Origin: Planctomycetota bacterium
GTDB taxonomy: Bacteria; Planctomycetota; GCA-002687715; DRQF01
Reading direction: 5' to 3'
Assembly (NCBI GenBank): GCA_024275615.1
Contig: JAJRYU010000588.1
Coordinates: forward strand, 1-39,693
Length of the DNA: 39,693 bases
The translations under genes were made by a program, and so were the position numbers. The notes under the pieces were generated by a model, which had not been told where the DNA came from, made no database searches, and saw only the letters and a program-made list of their open reading frames with translations. Below are positions 34,974 through 39,693 of this stretch, one piece after another (within the stretch, counting starts at the first letter, position 1; each line of letters starts with the position of its first letter).

Positions 34974-36344
34974 TCAGGATTTTCGATAGTCGTCGGGATC
35001 AATACGATGCTGCTGAATCTTGGCGTGCAAAGTGGGTCGGCTCAATTCGGCCTCTCGGGCCGCTGCTGAGACATTTCCCTCGTATTTCCGTAACAACCGT
35101 TCAACAAATTCTTTCTCGAAGACCGCCAGAGCTTCTTTGAAAGGGATGGGACCTTGAGCCTCATCCCCCTCCTGCTGCTCCAAGACTTCTGCTGGCAGGA
35201 GTTCCTTGGGAAACTCCCCTGCCGTCGAAAGAACCAAGAGCCGTTCGATGACGTTCTCCAGCTCTCGCACATTTCCTGGCCACCCGTAACCTTGAAGCGC
35301 AGCGACAGTCCCTAAGGGAATCTTGGCAGCATCTTCCCCTTGCAAGGCGAAAAAGTGGCGAATCAAATCTGGGATGTCCTCCTTGCGTCGCCTAAGAGGC
35401 GGCACATCAAGAACAAAAACATGGAGACGAAAGTAGAGGTCCTGGCGAAACAGCTTTTCTTCGACCAGGGTTGGTAGCGTTCGATTCGTCGCCGCGACAA
35501 TGCGCGTGTTCACAACCTTCGTTTGCGATCCACCCACGGGACTCACTTCACCTTGTTCAAGAAGCCGCAGGAGCGCAATTTGAACTTCGGCGGACGCATC
35601 GCCGATTTCATCAAGAAAAAGAGTTCCCCCTGAAGCGCGTTCCACAGCCCCTGTGCGATCGGCCGTCGCACCGGTAAAAGCACCCTTGGAGACACCGAAC
35701 AATTCAGACGCGACAAGATTCGCCGGAATCGCCCCAAGGTGCACAGCTACAAAAGGCGAAGAAGCGCGAGTTGATCGGTTGTGGATAGACCGTGCGACCA
35801 ACTCCTTTCCCGTACCACTTTCACCTTGGATCAAGACCGTACCACTGCGATCGGCAACGGCGTCAATTTGGTCATAGAGCGCTCGCATGGGGGCGCTTGA
35901 GCCGATCAATTGTCCGAAGCGCCGCCCTTCTTCCAAGAGACGCTTGAGCCTCTTGTTTTCGGCGGCCAGCCTCCCGGCCTCCAAAGCCGTCGTAACAGCC
36001 TTGAGGATTTCTTCTTTCTCGAAAGGTTTTGTGATGTAATTTTCGGCGCCCGTCTTGAGTGCTTCAATAGCGCTTGGAATCGAACCGTAACCAGTCATGA
36101 CGATCACTGGTAGCTTGGGCAGGTCCTTGTGAATCCAAGCCAAGAGTGCCATGCCTTCTAGTTTTGGCATGCGCAAGTCTGTTAGGACCAAATCAAATTC
36201 CTGCGATTCAATCAACTCCTTGGCCGCCAATCCATCCGCAGCTTCGCTAACGGCATATCCTGCTCGCGCCAACACGCGCACCAAGAAAAGCCGCATGGAC
36301 TCCTCATCGTCGGCTACCAGGATTTTGGGTTTCTCTGCGCTCAT
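34974..36344 (-). CDS. sigma-54-dependent response regulator (NtrC family: REC + AAA+ + Fis-type HTH)
   Basis: REC domain: ILVADDEESMRL...LTDLRMP. AAA+ domain: GESGTGKELVA, GAFTGA sigma-54 contact loop, TLFLDEIGD, RIVAATNR, WPGNVRELENV. HTH: NVSAAAREAELSRPTLHAKI. Start set at ATG 36344, preceded by GGAGAA. Alternatively GTG 36398 overlaps the kinase stop. Confidence 0.93.
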   Translation of the reverse strand: MSAEKPKILVADDEESMRLFLVRVLARAGYAVSEAADGLAAKELIESQEFDLVLTDLRMPKLEGMALLAWIHKDLPKLPVIVMTGYGSIPSAIEALKTGAENYITKPFEKEEILKAVTTALEAGRLAAENKRLKRLLEEGRRFGQLIGSSAPMRALYDQIDAVADRSGTVLIQGESGTGKELVARSIHNRSTRASSPFVAVHLGAIPANLVASELFGVSKGAFTGATADRTGAVERASGGTLFLDEIGDASAEVQIALLRLLEQGEVSPVGGSQTKVVNTRIVAATNRTLPTLVEEKLFRQDLYFRLHVFVLDVPPLRRRKEDIPDLIRHFFALQGEDAAKIPLGTVAALQGYGWPGNVRELENVIERLLVLSTAGEFPKELLPAEVLEQQEGDEAQGPIPFKEALAVFEKEFVERLLRKYEGNVSAAAREAELSRPTLHAKIQQHRIDPDDYRKS

Positions 36345-36394
36345 CGTTTTCTCCGTAACCTCAAGGCCGCCAGCAGCGCCCGTCTCGCCTTCCT

Positions 36395-37894
36395 TCACTC
36401 CGTCTTTGGGATACGAACGACAAACTGGCTGCCCTGATCAAGGCCCTTCGACGAAGCAAGTAGTTCCCCCCCCAATCGTTCAATGATGCCCCGTGCGACG
36501 GAGAGGCCAAGTCCAGTGCCCCCAGGTCCGTCTTCTTGCTCCTTCGTGGTAAAAAACGGCTCGAAGATACGAGGTAGATCCTCGGTGGCGATACCTTTGC
36601 CCTGATCAATCACAGTCACAACCTGTTCACATTCGGCATCCTCAAACTTGATACTCACGTCGCCACCATCGGTACTGGCATGGAGAGCATTTATGATGAG
36701 GTTCAAAAACACTTGTTGCAATCCCCGGTCATCGGTGACAATTTCCGCTCCCGGCAACCCCTGAAGTAGCACATCAATGTGCCGACGTGAAGCTTCTGGT
36801 TCGACCAAGGACACGGATTCTCTGACGATACTATAGACACTCACCACGGCTTTCGCATTGGCCGTACCACTGGTAAACCGAGACAAGTTTTCGGTAATAA
36901 CCAAAGCTCGACGTGATGTTTTTTGAATCACCTCAAGAACACGACGAGATTCTGGGTCCTCAATATCCTCAGCCAAGTCCTCAGCCAAACCGGCCACACC
37001 TCCTAAGATGTTGTTGAACTCGTGAGCCATGCCCTTGGCCATGGTTCCAAGAGCGGCCATCTTCTCGCTTTCGACAAGTTGACGCTGTGTCGATTCCAAC
37101 TCTTGAACGGTAGCGCGTAGAGCTTCATTTGTTGTCTGTTGTTCCGCCAAGGACAGTCTTAACTCACTGGTTTTCTTGGCTACCGATTCTTCGAGGTTCT
37201 TATGCTGCGAAGTGATCTCGTCCGCCATAGCGTTAAAGCTCACGGCAAGTCGATTGATCTCGTCTGATTCGGCAGCTGGAATTCTCTGCGAGAGATCACC
37301 GCCATGCATCGATTCAATCACATCCGTGGCATCTCGCAACGGAACGACCACACCTCGATGAAACACAAAGCCAATAAGAAGACCAACACCAGCAAGAAAT
37401 GCCCCGCCCCAAAGCAAGAGGCTGTGCCTTAAGTCCTTTGCAAGGTGTTCACTCTTTTCGCCCTGCTCTACCACCAAGGACTGAAGCCGCTGACGACCCA
37501 AGAGCTGAGCTTCATCGCGAAACAGCCCGGCAATCACATGGGAATTTTCTTCGTTGCGACGCCGACCTTCATCCAAACGTTCCTTCAGATAGGCCAGCAA
37601 CAAGTCATCGCGGCCCTCGAAGACATCGAAGGGAATGTCAGCAAACTCACGGCCCAGATTTGCAGACAGTTGCCGGACTGCCTGATCCATCAGTTGAGCT
37701 TGCCCCTCTGCCGTTGTCTCCAATATCTCGTCAACGCGGCTACCGCTATCTGCCAAGAATTGGTTCGTTCCGACTCTCTGCTTTTCCACCGAGGTTGAGA
37801 CAGCGAGGAATCCCCATGCCAAGGCCCCGACGACAAAAAAGAAGAAAACGGAGAGATAAAAGCGCAGCGCCAAAGAGACTTTTTTTGCACTCAT
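36395..37894 (-). CDS. sensor histidine kinase (2 TM, periplasmic loop, HAMP, HisKA, HATPase_c)
   Basis: TM1 FYLSVFFFFVVGALAWGFLAV. TM2 LLLWGGAFLAGVGLLIGFVF. HAMP region PLRDATDVIESMHGGDLSQRIP...INRLAVSFNAMADEI. H-box MAHEFNNILGGV. N/G boxes NLIINALHA and GTGLGLSVARGI. Confidence 0.9.
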   Translation of the reverse strand: MSAKKVSLALRFYLSVFFFFVVGALAWGFLAVSTSVEKQRVGTNQFLADSGSRVDEILETTAEGQAQLMDQAVRQLSANLGREFADIPFDVFEGRDDLLLAYLKERLDEGRRRNEENSHVIAGLFRDEAQLLGRQRLQSLVVEQGEKSEHLAKDLRHSLLLWGGAFLAGVGLLIGFVFHRGVVVPLRDATDVIESMHGGDLSQRIPAAESDEINRLAVSFNAMADEITSQHKNLEESVAKKTSELRLSLAEQQTTNEALRATVQELESTQRQLVESEKMAALGTMAKGMAHEFNNILGGVAGLAEDLAEDIEDPESRRVLEVIQKTSRRALVITENLSRFTSGTANAKAVVSVYSIVRESVSLVEPEASRRHIDVLLQGLPGAEIVTDDRGLQQVFLNLIINALHASTDGGDVSIKFEDAECEQVVTVIDQGKGIATEDLPRIFEPFFTTKEQEDGPGGTGLGLSVARGIIERLGGELLASSKGLDQGSQFVVRIPKTE

Positions 37895-38889
37895 TTCTTG
37901 GGCTCCGCTCCAAACAGACGATGGGCGCCAAGAATCAGCTCAAACGGTAACTTTAGATTGATGTGACGCGCGGCTTCTAAATCAACAAAAAGCCGAGAAG
38001 ACTTCATGCGGCCCACCTTCATTTTCCCTGGAACCTTGCCTCGGACAAGAATATCTCGGATCAGTGCTGACGCCTTGAGACCCAACAACTCGAAATCCAC
38101 CGTGAGAACCACCAACGCGCCGGCCCCGGCACAGCGGACCGTAGAAGAGAAGATCGGAATCCGCCGGGCACGTGCGACTTTGACGATCTGCGCCAGAGGT
38201 TTCTCCTGGTAGAGAGGAAAATCGATGGGGACCCAAACAGCGTCCAAGCGTTCGAGGTTCTTCTCTAGGACCTCTCCCACTTTGGCAGGCTCCTTCACTT
38301 CAATTTCGATCAATTCCAGCTCTGGCGATGACCCGAGAGCAGCTCGAGCTTCGGCAATTTCAGCTCGGCTCACTGAATTGTCAGGGCTTCTCAAGACACC
38401 AAGTTTCTTGAGAGTTGGCAGCGCCAGCTTGAATGAGGAGATCATCTCGCGACGGTCGAGCCAGTTGCTATTGCCAGCGACGTTCGTCCCTGAGCCGCTC
38501 CAACTCGGAGTGATCCCTGAAAGAACCGGATTGGTCACAGCCGTGAACACGATCGGAGTTGTTGTGGTGGTCGCCGCAGCGATTTTCGCCGAACGTGTTC
38601 CTAAGGCAACAATGAGCTGAGCCCCTTCACCGATGGATCGGCGCAGCAAATCCTTAGCCTTGGGCTCATCTGCATGAGCATTCAGGACAACAAGGTCTTG
38701 GGCCATGTTCATAGCAGCCAAACCTCGCTTCAAACCGCGCAACGCCGCCAGATCGTTGGGACTTTCGTGCCACAGGAGCACGGCGATTTTCCAACGCTCC
38801 CTACTGACAGCCCCGGAGTCTGGAACAGCCGAGGGGAGAATGAAGACAACGACAAGGAACATCAAGATTTTGGACTTCGCCAAGGCCAT
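37891..38889 (-). CDS. periplasmic ABC_sub_bind-type (PF04392-like) substrate-binding protein, probably a sensor partner of the kinase
   Basis: Signal peptide ILMFLVVVFILPSAVP. KIAVLLWHESPNDLAALRGLKRGL...LIVALGTRSAKIAA...PIVFTAVTNPVLSGI...NVAGNSNW resembles the ABC_sub_bind family. No permease or ATPase gene is adjacent. ATGA overlap with the kinase start. ATG 38889 shares 1 nt with the NUDIX stop (TGATG). Confidence 0.7.
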   Translation of the reverse strand: MALAKSKILMFLVVVFILPSAVPDSGAVSRERWKIAVLLWHESPNDLAALRGLKRGLAAMNMAQDLVVLNAHADEPKAKDLLRRSIGEGAQLIVALGTRSAKIAAATTTTTPIVFTAVTNPVLSGITPSWSGSGTNVAGNSNWLDRREMISSFKLALPTLKKLGVLRSPDNSVSRAEIAEARAALGSSPELELIEIEVKEPAKVGEVLEKNLERLDAVWVPIDFPLYQEKPLAQIVKVARARRIPIFSSTVRCAGAGALVVLTVDFELLGLKASALIRDILVRGKVPGKMKVGRMKSSRLFVDLEAARHINLKLPFELILGAHRLFGAEPKK

Positions 38890-39422
38890 CAAGAATCCTC
38901 CAAGAGTCCAAGACGCGCGATCATCGACAAGGCGATTCCATCGGTCAGCTCGCCGCTCTCAACGAGTTTCTTGAGGTCGCGGCGACAAAGCCTCTCGATG
39001 GTGAGGCATTCGAATGTCTCATGAGCCGTTTTCGTAGCAGTGAGGTCGGAAGCAGAAAAAAGATGGATGCGATGGCGGCATATTCCTGCCAAAGGAAAGA
39101 CGACACCATGATTCACCATCGAACCGGCGATGAGCCCGACCTCTTCGGCGAGCTCGCGTCGACCGCCTGATTGGGCATCCTCACCTTCCTCGACTCGTCC
39201 CGCGGGAAATTCCCACATCCATGAGCCTACGGCGTGACGATATTGTCTAATCAGGGTCACACTGCCATCAGCGTGAATAGGGGCCACTGCCACGCCGTCG
39301 TTGATCGTGACCACACACCAAGGAGACTCAGCGCCGGTGGGGGTGCGAATTTCCTCGTCAAGAAGCTCCAAGACCAGATTCTTGTGGACGGAGCGCGATC
39401 GGAGCGTTTCCCATTCAGACAT
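38889..39422 (-). CDS. NUDIX hydrolase (ADP-ribose pyrophosphatase-like)
   Basis: Nudix box GRVEEGEDAQSGGRRELAEEVGL, fitting G-x5-E-x7-REUxEExGU. 177 aa. Confidence 0.85.
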   Translation of the reverse strand: MSEWETLRSRSVHKNLVLELLDEEIRTPTGAESPWCVVTINDGVAVAPIHADGSVTLIRQYRHAVGSWMWEFPAGRVEEGEDAQSGGRRELAEEVGLIAGSMVNHGVVFPLAGICRHRIHLFSASDLTATKTAHETFECLTIERLCRRDLKKLVESGELTDGIALSMIARLGLLEDS

Positions 39423-39561
39423 ATGGTTTCTACCTTTTTCTGCACAAAACCACGGAACAGACGTTTTTCTTGCCCTGAATGCCCCTTATTACCTAATGTT
39501 GGACCCGTCCGCTCTGCCGAAATGAACGGTGGTGGAAACGGGCAATCATGTGAGGACAATC

Positions 39562-39693
39562 ATGCTGAAGTGGATCTTGACAACAACGACCGTGTTTTTG
39601 GCCATGGCATCGCTTTCGGCACTTGCAGCCGGCCAATTCGTACAAACCGAGGCGTCGATTAGCCCATTCCACAACAACAATTTGGCCTTGCCA
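39562..39693 (+). CDS. 5' end of a secreted protein gene (runs off the window)
   Basis: ATG 39562 is preceded by GAGGA 5 nt upstream. 44 codons are open to the window edge: MLKWILTTTTVFLAMASLSALAAGQFVQTEASISPFHNNNLALP. This is signal-peptide-like with an ALAA-G cleavage context. It is absent from the ORF track because it has no stop. Confidence 0.4.
   Translation, partial: MLKWILTTTTVFLAMASLSALAAGQFVQTEASISPFHNNNLALP

Overview
This is a densely coding 39.7-kb bacterial chromosomal window. Hand counts give about 55% G+C in coding DNA and about 33% in one spacer. All family calls rest on motif recognition in the supplied translations; no searches were run.

I place 29 CDS, one signal-peptide ORF interrupted by an in-frame TGA, and one short 3'-truncated ORF. 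I found no rRNA, tRNA, CRISPR array, transposase, integrase, phage gene or recognisable defence gene.

Gene content, left to right:
- M28 peptidase fragment, rsmF, and convergent guaB-guaA (housekeeping).
- A Bat-like operon on the minus strand: membrane protein, DUF58, BatA/VWA. No MoxR ATPase is present.
- A 713-nt divergent non-coding region with a polypurine tract and a 13-nt inverted repeat.
- A plus-strand block: ABC ATPase, ABC-2 permease, FG-GAP propeller, then secreted unknown protein, ECF sigma, FecR-type anti-sigma.
- A long minus-strand block: Fe(III)-type ABC importer (SBP, permease, ATPase), then a pentaheme cytochrome, a HEAT lipoprotein, an FG-GAP-like protein and a polytopic sulfatase-family enzyme.
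- A minus-strand run: TPR/TMTC-like membrane glycosyltransferase, tetraheme cytochrome fusion, GntR regulator, CBM-like/beta-lactamase-family hydrolase.
- The interrupted small lipoprotein ORF.
- A NUDIX / SBP-like / histidine kinase / sigma-54 activator operon.

The PVC-like gene content (BatA/DUF58, FG-GAP, HEAT, sulfatase, multiheme cytochromes, ECF) suggests a Planctomycetota-like or related uncultured lineage, but that is only a guess.

The most interesting candidates are:
1. The iron-type ABC importer, whose ATPase gene overlaps (ATGA) a membrane-anchored pentaheme cytochrome gene. A sigma-54-like promoter lies upstream and the SBP carries a C-terminal TM anchor.
2. The in-frame UGA inside a lipoprotein-like ORF next to the sigma-54 activator operon.
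3. The secreted-unknown / ECF sigma / anti-sigma unit, whose genes overlap.
4. The ABC-2 exporter coupled to an FG-GAP propeller.

None of these can be confirmed as novel without database searches.
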